From Candidatus Nanohaloarchaea archaeon (lineage in GTDB: Archaea; Nanohalarchaeota; Nanosalinia; Nanosalinales; Nanosalinaceae), in the NCBI GenBank assembly GCA_041639695.1, contig JBEQBQ010000003.1, forward strand, positions 12,505 to 65,398: 52,894 nt of DNA. Direction: 5' to 3'. A program made the translations under genes and the position numbers. A model generated the notes under the pieces. It did no database searches. It saw only the letters and a program-made list of their open reading frames with translations, and was not told where the DNA came from. The first letter of the stretch is position 1. Every line of letters begins with the position of its first letter. This document shows positions 17,909 through 27,996 of the stretch, one piece after another.

Positions 17909-20900
17909 TCAAGCCACCGGCTCCGAGAAGCTGAACTCGAGTTTCCTGCCCTCGAATTCCACGGACCCTGAGTGTTCGTAGCTTTCCGACTCTATATCGA
18001 TCTCTTCCACGTTCACACGGTCCCGGATCTCGTCCAGACGGTCTTCAATAGGATCAGTGGTGCCTGAGAACGAAAGGTTTACCCTGTCATCGACCTCAAG
18101 TTCTGCTTCTTTCCTCTTCTGTTGGATCGCTCTGACGACCTCTGCGACAAATGCTTCATCCAGAAGCTCCTCAGTCATCTCATCATCTATGTAAACCGTT
18201 CCCTCTGAGAATTCCTCGCCGTCCATGTCCTCAGGTACGTGAGTTCTCACGTCAAACATGACTGATTCAAGCTCGTGGTCTGCAATTTCAACGGTTTCTC
18301 CGTCTTCAACCTTTCGAGCTATCTCCGAATGATCCATTCCGGCGAGTTCAGACTCTACCTCTCCTACATCGCCGCCGAGTAAAGGTCCGGCCTTCGAGTA
18401 CTCAAGCTTCACCTCGTAATCCAACTCAACGTTCTCGAACTCCACTTCCTTGGTGTTCAAACGTTCCTTAAGCAGATCGTTCAGATTCTTAACGGCTTCT
18501 TCAACTTCTTCAGACCCTGAAACAGTCACCTTTTTGATAGGATGTCTAAGACTGATACCGTTTTCCTGTCTAAGCCTTGCAACCGCTTCCTCAACGTCCT
18601 GGAAGATCGCCATATGGCTTTCGAGATCTTCATCTTTCAGCTCCTTCTCTACAGTTGGATAGCTTTCTAGATGGGCTGTCTCCTTATCCCCTTCGTATAG
18701 ATATTCTGCGAGGTAAGGTGTGAAAGGTGCGAGAACCTTCAGAAGTTCGTCCGTCACCTTTCTCAGTGTCCATTCAGCCGATTCACGGTCGTCACCTTCG
18801 TAACCAGGTTTCAACCGGTCACGGATCATCTTGATGTATCCTCTTGAAAGTTCGTTGACAGCAAAGTCCTCAAGCACTTCAGCTGCTTTGAAAGCCTGGT
18901 AGTTCGGCTCTGTCGAAAGTTCCTCGACCTCTTCTACTACAGAGTTAAGCCTAGAAAGAATCCATCGATCCTCAATCTCTAGATTGTCAGGTCTTTCCCT
19001 TGATTCAGTGTATGTGTCTCTGTAGTTGTAGGTGTTCCAGAGCGTGTTGAGGAAGTCCATGTTCTGCTCCATCTTCTCCCAGGTGAAGTTGAGGTCGTCG
19101 GAAGGATCTCCTGAGAGGATGAAGAACCTGAGAATATCTCTACCATACTTCTCGATAGCTTCCTCCGGTGAGACAACGATACCTTTCGACTTAGACATCT
19201 CTTTACCGTCAAGCATGACTTTACCATGGTAGATCACATTTTCGAACGGTTTCTGATCGTAGGTCATCTTGGAGCAGATGAACTGACTGTTCCACCAGCC
19301 TCTGATCTGGTCGAAGCCTTCAAGCTCTAGATCGACAGGCCCCTGCTCCTCGAACGAGAAGTCCACTTCGGGATGTTTGAGTGAGGCCCACGGCGCGACA
19401 CCTGAATCGAACCAGACATCCAGAACATCCGGGATACGCTCCATATCGGATCCGCATTCATCGCATTCAAGCTTTACCTCATCGATGTAAGGCCTGTGAA
19501 GGTCGTCTGGGACCTCAGGAAGTTCGTCCCTATCTCCAACGACCTTGGTGTGGTCGCATTCGTTACATTCCCAGATAGGTAGAGGGATTCCCCAGTATCT
19601 CTGTCTTGAGACCGGCCAGTCACCAAGCTGTTCAAGCCATTCATCGAACTTCTGCCCGGCCCAGTCAGGAACCCAGTTAACATCATCGTTGAACTCTAGT
19701 AGTTCGTCACGGAACTTTGTGGCTCCGAAGAACCACTGAGGGATCGAAAGCTGCAATAGAGGTGTGTCGCACCTCCAGCACTTCGGATACTCGTGTTTCA
19801 TGGTGCCCGAGAACAGCAGAGCATCCCCTAGATCCTGTTTGATCTTGTCGTCAGCATCCTTGACGTACATTCCCTCGTATTTTCCGGCTTCCTCGGTGAA
19901 CTGTCCTTTCAGATCGACAGGTGAGACCTGGTCAAGATCGTTCTCCTGTCCGACCTCGTAGTCTTCTTTACCATGTCCGGGCGCTGAGTGTACCAGTCCG
20001 GTTCCTCCTTCAAGATCGACATAACGTTCGGAAAGAACGACGCGTCCCTGAACATCTTCCTGAGCAGGCATGATACCTTCGAGAGGATGGCTGTACTCCT
20101 CTCCTTCAAATTCTTCGCCTTTCCTTTCTTCAATTACGCTGTATTCGTTTTCTTCATAGCCAAACTTGTTCATGATGTCTTCCACAAGTTCGGAGGCCAT
20201 CCAGACCTTTCTCGAATCGAACTCTACGAGGGAGTAGTCGTAGTCGGGATGCATCATGATCGCGGTGTTTGCGGGTAGGGTCCAAGGTGTGGTGGTCCAG
20301 ATCATGAACTCTTCGTCCGAGTTCTTCCGCTGCATCGCAACATAGACCTGTGGATCCTCTAATTTGGTGTACTCAACTTCGTTGTAAGCAACCGCGGTCT
20401 CACATCTAGTACAGACGTGTACAGGATACTGGTCCTTGTAGAGGTAGTCTTTCTCGAACGCTTGCTTGAATGTCTGCCAAGCTCCTTCAATATAGTAGTC
20501 GTGGTAGGTGACGTAGGGGTTCTCCCAGTCCATCCAGATCCCTATATCTTTGAAGTCATGGTTCATCTGTTCCATGTGGTCGTCGACAAAGTCCTGGCAC
20601 TCTTTGATGAAGTTCTCCACACCGAAGTCCTCGATCTCTTTCTTCGAGTTGAAGCCTTTCTCCTCCTCGACCTTGTTCTCGATCGGAAGTCCGTGTGTAT
20701 CGTAACCGGGCTGTGAGTGAACGTTGTAACCTTTCATCCTGTGAAAACGCAGGTAGAAATCCTTCAGGATCTTGTTCATTCCTGTACCCATGTGGATGTT
20801 GCCCGAGGCGTAAGGCGGACCATCCAGGTAGTAGAAACGTTCCTTGCCCTCGTTTGAATCGAGAACTTTTCTTCTAGTGTTGTTCTCCTTCCATTTCTGT

Positions 20901-20941
20901 TTTACTTCGGACTCAACTTTTTCCGGATTGTAGTCTGTCAT
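17909..20941 (-). CDS. ileS: Isoleucine--tRNA ligase
   Basis: DGPPYASGNIHMG, GYDTHGLPIE, WTTTPWTLP, GTGLVHSAPGHG, SRQRYWG, DVWFDSG, DQIRGW, EMSKS. Confidence 0.97.
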   Translation of the reverse strand: MTDYNPEKVESEVKQKWKENNTRRKVLDSNEGKERFYYLDGPPYASGNIHMGTGMNKILKDFYLRFHRMKGYNVHSQPGYDTHGLPIENKVEEEKGFNSKKEIEDFGVENFIKECQDFVDDHMEQMNHDFKDIGIWMDWENPYVTYHDYYIEGAWQTFKQAFEKDYLYKDQYPVHVCTRCETAVAYNEVEYTKLEDPQVYVAMQRKNSDEEFMIWTTTPWTLPANTAIMMHPDYDYSLVEFDSRKVWMASELVEDIMNKFGYEENEYSVIEERKGEEFEGEEYSHPLEGIMPAQEDVQGRVVLSERYVDLEGGTGLVHSAPGHGKEDYEVGQENDLDQVSPVDLKGQFTEEAGKYEGMYVKDADDKIKQDLGDALLFSGTMKHEYPKCWRCDTPLLQLSIPQWFFGATKFRDELLEFNDDVNWVPDWAGQKFDEWLEQLGDWPVSRQRYWGIPLPIWECNECDHTKVVGDRDELPEVPDDLHRPYIDEVKLECDECGSDMERIPDVLDVWFDSGVAPWASLKHPEVDFSFEEQGPVDLELEGFDQIRGWWNSQFICSKMTYDQKPFENVIYHGKVMLDGKEMSKSKGIVVSPEEAIEKYGRDILRFFILSGDPSDDLNFTWEKMEQNMDFLNTLWNTYNYRDTYTESRERPDNLEIEDRWILSRLNSVVEEVEELSTEPNYQAFKAAEVLEDFAVNELSRGYIKMIRDRLKPGYEGDDRESAEWTLRKVTDELLKVLAPFTPYLAEYLYEGDKETAHLESYPTVEKELKDEDLESHMAIFQDVEEAVARLRQENGISLRHPIKKVTVSGSEEVEEAVKNLNDLLKERLNTKEVEFENVELDYEVKLEYSKAGPLLGGDVGEVESELAGMDHSEIARKVEDGETVEIADHELESVMFDVRTHVPEDMDGEEFSEGTVYIDDEMTEELLDEAFVAEVVRAIQQKRKEAELEVDDRVNLSFSGTTDPIEDRLDEIRDRVNVEEIDIESESYEHSGSVEFEGRKLEFSFSEPVA

Positions 20942-20977
20942 AACCTCAGGAGCGGAGTTGAAAGTTAAAAGAATTGG

Positions 20978-21238
20978 TCAGTCGTATTTCCATTCATCCC
21001 CATCTTCTGTTTCCTCTCCACGTCTAGTTAGTAGAAGTGCTGCCCCTGCAAGCGATAAACCTGCCAAACCTTTTGTGAAACCTGATCCATCGAGGGCTGC
21101 TGAAAACTCATCGACATATGTTGCTGCTTCTGAAAACTCTTCTCCGTATTTGGATAGGCTGTATGTTATCTGTTTCTCTGTAGTATTCATCAGGTTCCTG
21201 GCGTTTTCAGTTACAATCTCCGTGTATTCGGAGGCCAT
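20978..21238 (-). CDS. Small hypothetical protein with a near-C-terminal hydrophobic helix
   Basis: 86 aa, acidic, GLAGLSLAGAALLLTRR. Confidence 0.55.
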   Translation of the reverse strand: MASEYTEIVTENARNLMNTTEKQITYSLSKYGEEFSEAATYVDEFSAALDGSGFTKGLAGLSLAGAALLLTRRGEETEDGDEWKYD

Positions 21239-21269
21239 ACCGAGAACTATATGTGAAAAATTTAAGAGA

Positions 21270-21854
21270 TTAGACCCACTCGAAGCTTTCCCTGTCTGAA
21301 CTTGTCAAACGCTCATCGTCCTCATCCCCGTTATCTTCAGAGCTTACGTTTTTCTCCTTGAACTTCTGTGACTCGGGATCAGGCTCTATTGTCTCCTGTT
21401 CAAAGTTCACAGTTACAGAACTCATGGAGTCCTTGATCTCGTTTAACTTGGATCCGTCCTGTAAATCTTCGCGGTGCTGGAAGATCGCTCCTGTAGGAGT
21501 ACCTGCGTTCTCATCCTCCTCGAATCTAGGGAATACCGAAATGTAGAGGTGTGGCATCATCTGTCCGCCCGCCTCTTTAACATTCATAGTTACCGATGCG
21601 CCGTCAGCTCCAAGACCGTCCATAGCTTTCTCCATAACCTCTCGGACAAGACCCATCGCTTCATGGTATTCTGAAGGGCCCAACTCCATAACGGATTCAA
21701 TATGTTCTTTCGGCACGATCTGTGTATGTCCTTTCGCCCTTGGCTGAACCTCTAACCAGGCGTAGAAGTTTTCTGTTTCTCCCACCAAGTTCAATTGTTG
21801 AGGGTTGTCGATTAGTTGGCAGTAGATACACTGGTCGCCATGTCCCGGAGGCAT
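21270..21854 (-). CDS. HIT-family protein with degenerate histidine triad
   Basis: CIYC, PRAKGHTQIVPKEH, GGQMMPHLYISVFPR. Confidence 0.85.
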   Translation of the reverse strand: MPPGHGDQCIYCQLIDNPQQLNLVGETENFYAWLEVQPRAKGHTQIVPKEHIESVMELGPSEYHEAMGLVREVMEKAMDGLGADGASVTMNVKEAGGQMMPHLYISVFPRFEEDENAGTPTGAIFQHREDLQDGSKLNEIKDSMSSVTVNFEQETIEPDPESQKFKEKNVSSEDNGDEDDERLTSSDRESFEWV

Positions 21855-21919
21855 AAGTCCATGTTTGGGCGTGCCGAGTTTTTAGTTTAAGGGGAGGGGT
21901 TCTGTATAGAATCTTATCA

Positions 21920-23182
21920 CTATCCTGCCGTTTCTAGACTGCTTTCTAGTTTCTCATACTCTTCTGGCTTGAAATCTAGTCTTTCAGCAGCTAGAAGCCT
22001 TGCTTCGGCTCTTAGGTAATCTGTGGTAGAGTAATCCAAGTTTTTGATCTCGAACGCTGAGCTCTCTAAAGCTCTTTTTGCCGCCTCTTCTTCTCTTTTA
22101 ACCCTTATTAAGGACTGACTTCCTTCAGGGCTTGCCACACCTTCAGTGTACTCTTTTTCGCCGTCGAGATAAGCTTTTAGATCCTGGAATTCACTTTCGA
22201 CTAAATTGCCGAAGAAAGGAAAACCTAAATGTTCTGCTGCTCTATCTAGCTCTCGATCCAAATCGTTCTTGTCCGGATTCTCTATCAGAGTTTTCCGGGC
22301 CTGGGTTTCGGCGTATCTATTCAGACTTGGGATATGAACTGCTGGGTAGGGCTCTTCATTTTCTTCCGCAATCCTATCTGTTCTCTCTTGTCGGTGAGCC
22401 TCTTCTAGGAAGTAGGCTGCGAGCTCTCCATAGCTGTAAGGGTCCGAAGGCTTCCCATTCGAATCAATAACGTTATTTCTCCAGAACTCTGGTATTTGTT
22501 GAGGGTTGTGTATTACCTCTTCTGCTTGTCTATCCACTTCGGTTTCCTTGAATTCCTCGTATTTTGCAAGACCTTCTGAGGATGCTCTTTGAATGTCTCT
22601 TGACCCTGTCTGAGACCATAATTCGCTGAATGCAGGGTTTACGGTTCGCTGCATCGCATGTACGGATTCGTGTCTTGCGGTCCTTTCCGCAGGGCCTTCA
22701 ACAACTCCTTCTATAGGGTCGATCCATGGGAAGTAAGAGAAATCTACGACAATATAGTTGTCTCCTCCGGAGTTATCAAGGAATCTTCTAACTTTTTTGC
22801 CTAAGTGGGCTCCGGCGTCGTCTAAGTCAGCTACCTGCACTCCGTTATATTTCATGTCAAAATCGTCTAGGAAGTCAAAACGGTCTCTTAAAACTTCTCT
22901 CTGGTTTTCGACCTCTTCTTGAATGGCTTTTTCGAAGGATGCCTCGATTTGTGGCATTACTTCGTTCTCGAAACGTCCGTAGTCTCTATTTATCTTATTT
23001 AGTTTCTCTGGAACTGTTATTACGCCGTCTTCCCATTTGGCCGGGCTGGGGCCTGTTTTGCCGTCTACAATTTGAACTTGCTCGATTGGAGGTTCTCCGG
23101 ATCTAAAATCGTTCCATACATCTTTTAATCTGTCTACGGCTTCTTGCCCTGAGTAAAATTCTTGGTCCTGCTCCCCCGACAT
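21920..23182 (-). CDS. Hypothetical protein with zincin-type metallopeptidase motif
   Basis: ARHESVHAMQ followed by SEGLAKY. Confidence 0.6.
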   Translation of the reverse strand: MSGEQDQEFYSGQEAVDRLKDVWNDFRSGEPPIEQVQIVDGKTGPSPAKWEDGVITVPEKLNKINRDYGRFENEVMPQIEASFEKAIQEEVENQREVLRDRFDFLDDFDMKYNGVQVADLDDAGAHLGKKVRRFLDNSGGDNYIVVDFSYFPWIDPIEGVVEGPAERTARHESVHAMQRTVNPAFSELWSQTGSRDIQRASSEGLAKYEEFKETEVDRQAEEVIHNPQQIPEFWRNNVIDSNGKPSDPYSYGELAAYFLEEAHRQERTDRIAEENEEPYPAVHIPSLNRYAETQARKTLIENPDKNDLDRELDRAAEHLGFPFFGNLVESEFQDLKAYLDGEKEYTEGVASPEGSQSLIRVKREEEAAKRALESSAFEIKNLDYSTTDYLRAEARLLAAERLDFKPEEYEKLESSLETAG

Positions 23183-23317
23183 GATTTACTTCTAATTAGT
23201 AACAATCTTATATTTTTTGGGTCTGAACCTCTGAGCACAATAGAGTTTTCTGATGTTCATCGCTTATATAAAACTCATCGCAGAGTATTATTCTACATTA
23301 TTGAAGGTGTACTAAAC

Positions 23318-23701
23318 ATGTCAGATTTCGATTCTCAGTTTGACGACCAGTTTGAAGACGAAAATGAAGAAGAATTCGAAGACGATTTCGAAGAAGAAAA
23401 CGAAGAGTTTGAAGACGACTTCGAGGAAGAAGAAAACTTCGATGACCAAGAAATAGACGAAGAAGAATCCCAAGGTCAGGAAGATTCACAAGACTCCTCT
23501 GAAGACGATGAAGACTTCGACAAGCCTGTAGAAGAAGGCGACGTAGTGGAAGTTGAAATCGATGATCTAGGCTCGAAAGGCGATGGAATCGCAAGAATCG
23601 ACGGCTTCGTAATCTTTGTACCTGGCGGAGAAGTCGATGAAACATACGATGTTGAGGTTACCTCGGTCGGCAGAAAGTTCGCTTTCGCCGAAATCCAGTA
23701 A
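23318..23701 (+). CDS. TRAM-domain RNA-binding protein with long acidic N-terminal extension
   Basis: KPVEEG...IDDLGSKGDGIARIDGFVIFVPG...KFAFAE; ATG at 23318 preceded by GAAGGTG. Confidence 0.9.
   Translation: MSDFDSQFDDQFEDENEEEFEDDFEEENEEFEDDFEEEENFDDQEIDEEESQGQEDSQDSSEDDEDFDKPVEEGDVVEVEIDDLGSKGDGIARIDGFVIFVPGGEVDETYDVEVTSVGRKFAFAEIQ
23350..23447 (+). repeat. Imperfect tandem coding repeat (ENEE(E)FEDDFEEE)
   Basis: Two near-identical units gaaaa(t/c)gaa...tt(c/t)gaagacga(t/c)ttcga(a/g)gaa plus partial copies within the TRAM gene. Confidence 0.6.
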
Positions 23702-23732
23702 CTTTTATCGTTTCCTACCCTTTTCTTCTTAC

Positions 23733-24284
23733 ATGAACCGACTGATCCCTGTTGCTATAATTATTGTATCGGCTGCAGCAGGCTTTATACTGGCTACACA
23801 GCCCACTATGCTCGAAGGAGCCAAGATAGGAGAAGTAAAGAACGATATCAGGCAGGCCGTTGAAGAACCTAAACATAAACACGCTCTTTTCCATGTGGTG
23901 GTTAATGGTTCAGAACTCTCTTTTACAAACAAAAAGTTCCAGCTGAACTCTGAATATGCACATCTAGAGAATAATGAATCATCAATAGTCCACACTCACG
24001 CTAAAGGCGTGACGTGGAAAAACTTTCTGAACACAATTAATACCTCTATTAGGAAATCTAACGCTTCGGAAATCTGCCTAGACATCTATGAAAAGACCTG
24101 GTGCGGAACAGGAAAGGCTGTGCTCAACGGAGAGGAAACGAATCTTTCCGCAGAAATCGGCCAAGGCGATAACTTCCTGGTTATACTGAATACGGAAAAT
24201 TCCGCACAGATAACAGAAGAATACATGAGGGAGCAGCTTCCTAGGCAGTACAAACCCGAAGAAAAAACAGGGAGAAGGATATGA
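23733..24284 (+). CDS. Membrane-anchored protein with His-rich putative metal site
   Basis: N-terminal TM helix from ATG 23733; HKHALF...AHLE...VHTHAKGVT. Confidence 0.7.
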   Translation: MNRLIPVAIIIVSAAAGFILATQPTMLEGAKIGEVKNDIRQAVEEPKHKHALFHVVVNGSELSFTNKKFQLNSEYAHLENNESSIVHTHAKGVTWKNFLNTINTSIRKSNASEICLDIYEKTWCGTGKAVLNGEETNLSAEIGQGDNFLVILNTENSAQITEEYMREQLPRQYKPEEKTGRRI

Positions 24285-25405
24285 ACTGTGTTCTGATTAG
24301 GTTTGGGGAGATGGGATCCAAATCGAACCAGGTCAGAGGAAAGATGGTGAAGGTGCTTAGGCAGAGAGTCCAGGGAATCCTAGACCACGAAGGGATTGAA
24401 GGAAAAGCAAGGACAACTGAAGGCCGCATAATTGTAGAAACTGACCAAGTAGAAAAAGCGGCAGAACTGATCTCCATGGTTCCCGGAGTATCTTCTGTTT
24501 CACCTGCTTCAAAAGTTGGAAACAGCATAGAGGAGATAAAAAAGAGTGTAGACAATATCGAGGTCGGCAAAACTTTTGGTGTAAGAGCAAACTCTGCGGG
24601 AGACAGAGAATACAGTTCTAGGGAGCTTGAAACCAAGCTAGGTTCTTACGTTGAACAAGAAACCGGTTCGGAGGTTGACCTGGATAATCCGGATACCTGG
24701 ATAAGAGTTGATTTGAGAAGAAAAGGCGCGTTTGTTTTCCAGCACAAAATTAAAGGGCCGGACGGCTTCCCTGTCGGCTCCGAAGGCGAGCTAGGGGCTT
24801 TAATTTCAGGCGGGATTGATTCTCCTGTTGCAGCATATGAGGCTATGACCAGAGGTTCAAGCATAACACCCATTTATTTCTACAACCGGCCGATAGCTGC
24901 TGAGGATCATAAGTTCCGTTTCAAGTCAGTTGTCAAAAAGCTGAAGAAGTTCCATCCCTCGAAAGACTGGGAGGCAGTAATTGTGGATATGAAGAAGGTA
25001 AATGAAGAGTTGATGGAGATTAATAGAGGCAGGATGGTTGTTCACAGGAAGCTAATGTTAGAGGTGGCTTCCAGAATAGCGGAAGAAGAGAGGCTGGAAG
25101 GCCTGGTTACGGGAGAGTCAATAGGCCAGAAATCGTCCCAGACGCCTCGAAACCTTCGGGTGACAAAGCCAGAGATGCCTGTTCACAGACCTCTTTTGAC
25201 CGGTTCGAAGTCGGAGATAACTTCTAAGGCCAGAGAGCTTGGAACGTTCGAGGAAGCAAAAGTTAACTCTGCCTGTCAGACATTAGCGCCCAACAATCCA
25301 AGGACTAGGATGAAAAAGTCGGAGCTAGAGTCTTTGATGGCTAAAGTTGGGTATGAAGAGCTTGTTGAGGATGCGGTTGAAGCCGCGGAAAAAGAGATCG
25401 TTTAA
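24281..25405 (+). CDS. thiI: tRNA 4-thiouridine synthase (THUMP + PP-loop)
   Basis: IRFGEMGSKS, VDLDNPD, ISGGIDSPVA, TGESIGQKSSQT, HRPL. Confidence 0.93.
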   Translation: MNCVLIRFGEMGSKSNQVRGKMVKVLRQRVQGILDHEGIEGKARTTEGRIIVETDQVEKAAELISMVPGVSSVSPASKVGNSIEEIKKSVDNIEVGKTFGVRANSAGDREYSSRELETKLGSYVEQETGSEVDLDNPDTWIRVDLRRKGAFVFQHKIKGPDGFPVGSEGELGALISGGIDSPVAAYEAMTRGSSITPIYFYNRPIAAEDHKFRFKSVVKKLKKFHPSKDWEAVIVDMKKVNEELMEINRGRMVVHRKLMLEVASRIAEEERLEGLVTGESIGQKSSQTPRNLRVTKPEMPVHRPLLTGSKSEITSKARELGTFEEAKVNSACQTLAPNNPRTRMKKSELESLMAKVGYEELVEDAVEAAEKEIV

Positions 25406-25447
25406 ATACCGTTAAAGTTTTATACTCTGGAGTGACGGTAAAGCCAT

Positions 25448-25777
25448 ATGAGTATACAAGAGAAGAGGGAGGAGGCCGAGGCAGTACTTGACTCGGCGGA
25501 AATGGTGTTGGAAACAGTTCCAGAACCAAGGACAGGCAAAGCAAAGAAACTTGAGACAAAGCTTTCAGAACTTGAATCCGAGATACAGGATCCGGAAGAT
25601 GAGAAAGCGCTTAATGATCTGATTACCGAGGTCCGAGAACTTATGGATCAGGTTCAGGAGGACGCTATGCAGGATGATCCTATGATGGGCCCTGACGATG
25701 AGATGGGTGGAATAGGTCCCGGTGGTGCGCCGCCCGGCGGACCAGACGCGGGAGGTCCCGACGAACCGCCTTTCTAG
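25448..25777 (+). CDS. Hypothetical helical protein with Gly/Pro-rich tail
   Basis: 109-aa acidic ORF. Confidence 0.7.
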   Translation: MSIQEKREEAEAVLDSAEMVLETVPEPRTGKAKKLETKLSELESEIQDPEDEKALNDLITEVRELMDQVQEDAMQDDPMMGPDDEMGGIGPGGAPPGGPDAGGPDEPPF

Positions 25778-25826
25778 CCGCCCTCGTTCCGGCTTTATTT
25801 ATACCTGCATCATTTAATTGTAAGGT

Positions 25827-27191
25827 ATGAGGAAAACCGTTCTACTAGTTCTAATACTTTTATCTGTACAACTAGCTGTAGGTTTCCCTCTAAAACTAGA
25901 TGTAAATGAGAGAACCACTATAAACGGTGAACCAGCAAAGTTCGCTCTCCAAGGAACAAATAGCTTTTCCCAAAACCGTAGCTTCAGGATAAGCAGTATC
26001 CAATCAGTTCCAAAAGCTTCAAACTGGTTCAGCCACTCCAACGCCGTCAAATCAGCTCCCGGAGAAAACTTCACTCTCAAAATAAATATTACGGCGCCGG
26101 AAAACACGATACAAGGCAACTACGGTTTCACCGTAAACGCAAGGACTCTACAAGGCGACAACCTTAAATCACGTACAAGTTACTTCTCGGTCGACTCCGA
26201 CACCGATTTGACGATCACATCCTACTCAACTGATTCCGGACCATTCCGCCCTGCAGAAACTGTTTCCGCAAACCTTACTATAGTAAACACAGCACCTGAA
26301 ACAGTTAGAGACGTAGGATTTAAAGCTCAGCTTCTGGACGCACGTACATCAAGAACTGGGTTTCAGCTGCCTCCTGGTGCTAAGCTCTCACAACAACTTC
26401 AACTAAAACTGCCTGTAAACGTTTCTCCGGGCGAAGAAATGCTAAAACTTTCGATAACAAGAGGAGAAAGTACTATAGAAAATATAAGTCAGTCTTTGAC
26501 TGTTGAAGAAGTTACAGAGGTTAGGAAGACCTCGGAAATCGATGACAGAATACTTGTAAATAAGAAAACTTTGAAAGTTGAAAACCTAGGTAATGCCCCT
26601 AAAAAAGTAAGATTAAACGCTTCAATCCCTTCATACCTGGAATCTCTTACGGTTTTTAGTCAGGAACCAAACAAAACGGAGACTGGGCAGGGCGATACAA
26701 CGTACTACTGGTCTTTCAATATAGAGAGGGGGGAAACCAAAAGCGTAAGCTACACTACGCGTTATTGGCCTCCTCTAGTTTTAATAACGGTTATAGTGGC
26801 CGGTTTACTGGTTATAAGAAAGATTCAGAGTTCTATCTCTGTCTCAAAGAAGGTTATTCAGAAAGAAGATGGACTTAAGGTGAGAATCAGTGTAAGAAAC
26901 TCCTCTGGCTCAGAATTTGAAAGCCTGGAGTTAAAGGACTTCGTGCCCGATATTGCTTCGGTCAAAAGGGAGTTTGAGATAGCGGAACCGGTAATCCGTA
27001 AGACCAACGATGGAACAAGGCTTGTTTGGGAGCTTGAAGATCTCTCTCCGGGAGAGGAAAGAGTTCTCGAATACACGATCGAACCTCTCTACGAAGTAGA
27101 GGGTGGTGTAAACCTTCCGCCGACAGAAATATACGTGGGGGATGAAAAGGCTGCTGAGTCCGGTGAGGTCTCGACAGAGTTCAGTCCCTGA
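25827..27191 (+). CDS. Secreted/membrane-anchored multi-Ig-like-domain protein
   Basis: Signal peptide, repeated beta-sandwich motifs (N...PGE), internal TM helix, C-terminal LVWELEDLSPGEERVLEY domain. Confidence 0.75.
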   Translation: MRKTVLLVLILLSVQLAVGFPLKLDVNERTTINGEPAKFALQGTNSFSQNRSFRISSIQSVPKASNWFSHSNAVKSAPGENFTLKINITAPENTIQGNYGFTVNARTLQGDNLKSRTSYFSVDSDTDLTITSYSTDSGPFRPAETVSANLTIVNTAPETVRDVGFKAQLLDARTSRTGFQLPPGAKLSQQLQLKLPVNVSPGEEMLKLSITRGESTIENISQSLTVEEVTEVRKTSEIDDRILVNKKTLKVENLGNAPKKVRLNASIPSYLESLTVFSQEPNKTETGQGDTTYYWSFNIERGETKSVSYTTRYWPPLVLITVIVAGLLVIRKIQSSISVSKKVIQKEDGLKVRISVRNSSGSEFESLELKDFVPDIASVKREFEIAEPVIRKTNDGTRLVWELEDLSPGEERVLEYTIEPLYEVEGGVNLPPTEIYVGDEKAAESGEVSTEFSP

Positions 27192-27244
27192 AACATGTTT
27201 TAAAGCATTACCCTCTAACTCAAAGATGTTGAAGAACCTATTAA

Positions 27245-27318
27245 CCCGGCTTAGCTCAGTCTGGCAGAGCGGTCGACTGTAGATCGACTTGTCCCAGGTT
27301 CAAATCCTGGAGCCGGGA
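27245..27318 (+). tRNA. tRNA-Tyr(GTA)
   Basis: CCCGGCT/AGCCGGG acceptor (C1-G72, A73), GTCGA-CTGTAGA-TCGAC, GGTTCAAATCC; no intron. Confidence 0.96.
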
Positions 27319-27330
27319 ACCTACTTTTTT

Positions 27331-27708
27331 CTATTGAACATCTGATACATTAGTAATATCTTCGAAGTAGCTGCTTACTGCATAGGCTGTTGCAACTCCT
27401 CCGCCTAGAATTGCTGCAGAAGCCTGTCCTTCAGGTGTTGCTGCTTGTGCTGCTGTTTCTCCTGTAACGTCCATTAATTCTTCTGAGTGATATGCGGTGA
27501 ATGCTGCTCCTCCGGCTATAATTGCTTCATAAGATCTATCCCTAATACTGGATCCGGCTTCGCTTAAGGCATCGTTAACTGCATTCAGAACTCCGCCATT
27601 ATTGTCCTGATCTTCTTCTGGTTCAAGAATGTAGTCGGTTTTTTCTTCGACCTTCTCATAGTCTTCGAAATGCTGGTCGCTGCCAGAATCATAAGAATTT
27701 GTGCTCAT
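27331..27708 (-). CDS. Hypothetical protein, acidic N-terminus with two Ala/Gly-rich helices
   Basis: 125-aa ORF. Confidence 0.65.
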   Translation of the reverse strand: MSTNSYDSGSDQHFEDYEKVEEKTDYILEPEEDQDNNGGVLNAVNDALSEAGSSIRDRSYEAIIAGGAAFTAYHSEELMDVTGETAAQAATPEGQASAAILGGGVATAYAVSSYFEDITNVSDVQ

Positions 27709-27795
27709 TATGTGGTAACAAAAAAACTGTTAGTGTTAAAAATCTTTTGATCCTTCCAAAAGTAAAGAGGGGTGGAAAAAGAACTTTCTCCTAGT

Positions 27796-27996
27796 TTACT
27801 CGTCTTCAGGATCGTCCTTTCTAACCCAGATCCTAACCTTTCCGGGTGGTGCATCCCATCCTCTGTCACCAAATCTTATGTTTTCATCGAGATCAAGCTT
27901 CTCCTCGATTTTCTCGAACTCCTCGTTTGTAACTACAACTTCGTCCAGCTCCTTAGGGTGGCCGGGATCGAACTCAAAATCATTTACCTTTTCCAT
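27796..27996 (-). CDS. Small acidic hypothetical protein (66 aa)
   Basis: MEKVNDFEFDPGHPKELDEVVV...; acidic composition begins at ATG 27996. Confidence 0.6.
   Translation of the reverse strand: MEKVNDFEFDPGHPKELDEVVVTNEEFEKIEEKLDLDENIRFGDRGWDAPPGKVRIWVRKDDPEDE

Noticed and set aside
23350-23460. Repeats as a possible CRISPR array
   Set aside because: In-frame coding repeats without spacers; no CRISPR array or cas gene anywhere in the window
27796-27996. Resemblance of DRGWDAPPGKVRIWV to ribosomal protein L31e
   Set aside because: Only a short motif matches; the basic N-terminal RAxRA helix of L31e is absent
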